DNA of 49,473 nucleotides. Source: Priapulus caudatus. Lineage: Eukaryota. The stretch covers positions 935,474 through 984,946 of the forward strand of contig NW_014577080.1 in NCBI RefSeq assembly GCF_000485595.1, written 5' to 3'. The translations under genes were made by a program, and so were the position numbers. Shown one piece after another: positions 48,166 through 49,473 of the stretch. Under the pieces are notes generated by a model. It worked only from the letters and a program-made list of their open reading frames with translations, was not told where the DNA came from and did not search any database. Each line of letters starts with the position of its first letter. The first letter of the stretch is position 1.

Positions 48166-49473
48166 GTCTCGATACCCGTGACGTGTGCTTGTACGTGCGT
48201 CCGTGTCCGAACGCCCGCGCACGAGCGTGTGCGTGCGTGCGTGTAGTATGCATGCTTAGTTAAATAGTGTTAGGTGTAGCTAGCGGTAGTAGGAACAGCG
48301 ATAGATGTAGTACAGTAGACAGGCGATAGAAATGCATATAAAATGCATATTATTCATTATTTCTCGACGCTATTATGTATGGAAAGCCATCCTCTTCAAA
48401 AATCATTTTCAAACATTTCAAATACACAACTTTAAATCAATTTAAAACATTTCAAATTAATTAATAAAAATACAAATTACTTTATATTGTTCGAGAAATT
48501 TAAATTCAAAATTTAAATTCAATTCACAGAATAACAAATCAATGTATTAACTTGCAAATTAATTCACAACTTTCCAAAATAATTGCCGGATATACAAATT
48601 CCTTCACATCATTGTAAATTTTTTTTTCTAAACGTACAATTTATTTTCAAAACAACACACCAATTTACTAACTTGCAATTTAATTGAGAACATGTTACAT
48701 AAACTCACAAATGTTCAAGTCTTTCTTTATCACCCTAACAATTGTTTTAAATAAATTTACAGAATAACGAATCAGTTCACTAAGTTTGAAATGAATTCAT
48801 TGCGTTTAACATTAATCCCCAGCAATGCGAATCTAACTGTTGGTTTCAGAATTATTAGGTAACAAACGACAAATGTATAGCTTAAATTACAAATTAATCG
48901 TACAGCTTTCAAAACATATATAAATGTTTAATTACAATCAAAGAGCTCATTTAACAATCAATTTATGCAACTTCCAATCTATTCAAGACCTCTGAAATCA
49001 CTTACTAACGTTTACAATTTGCCGCCCACTCTGTTGTTTCCGGTCCGTGTGCAAAACTATTCAGGAAACTTCAAATCAATTCATAGGACTTGCAATCTAT
49101 TCACTACACTTTCCGAACCAGCCAACTACAAACCAAACTCCAAATCAATTCATTCTAAAAGTGCCCGGATGCTTCAGCTCGGATGGATACGCTATAGTAT
49201 TGGAGGATCCGATATTTAGCCGCAGCTTTTACCAACCCTGCGGGAAAAAGATGGTGTGGTCTTACAGCGTACAACTACCAGTGTACTTGATTAGTGTTGC
49301 CCGGCAAGAAGCGTTTCTCAAGCGTGACGTCAAAGCGTCCAGAGAAGAACATGACTACAAGATTTGACGTGAGGCACAACAAGCTTAGCTGTTGATCCAA
49401 GCGGCTGGCGCGCGAACATTAGACGCCAGTCGCAAGTTCCGGAACGCGAATATGCGACACAGCGACCGCGAGG

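Noticed and set aside
45603..48263. Up to 449-aa MYVC-repeat ORFs
   Set aside because: Translation of (TATG)n.
49160..49360. Possible 5' exon(s) of the M15-like gene
   Set aside because: The candidate splice sites give a 28-nt intron or in-frame stops, with no signal peptide and no compatible phase-1 donor.

Overview
This is intron-rich, repeat-dense animal genomic DNA, probably invertebrate (inferred from the TTAGGG repeats, spliceosomal introns and transposon types). It is not prokaryotic. I reconstructed three spliced genes by hand, and all encode carboxypeptidase-type folds from unrelated families. (1) A complete 11-exon cathepsin A / lysosomal protective protein (serine carboxypeptidase S10, + strand, 9060-18863, 474 aa) with one GC-AG intron. 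(2) An 11-exon secreted zinc carboxypeptidase A/B-type zymogen (M14A, - strand, 39578-22716, ~420 aa). Exon 9 has indels that are most likely assembly errors. (3) Three 3' exons of a Cys-rich protein (- strand, 45559-40982) with the SxHxxGxxxD...H zinc signature of the M15 D-Ala-D-Ala peptidase / Hedgehog-N fold. It resembles bacterial peptidoglycan peptidases and is a candidate horizontally acquired, intronised gene. The rest is a decayed LINE, a hAT transposase relic, Helitron/HINE elements, many MITEs (including a 9-bp-TSD group that carries internal TTAGGG repeats), a duplicated ~220-nt structured element with a compensatory change, micro/minisatellites and two assembly gaps. Most ORFs in the supplied track are microsatellite artefacts. 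All family assignments come from motif recognition; no database search was run.
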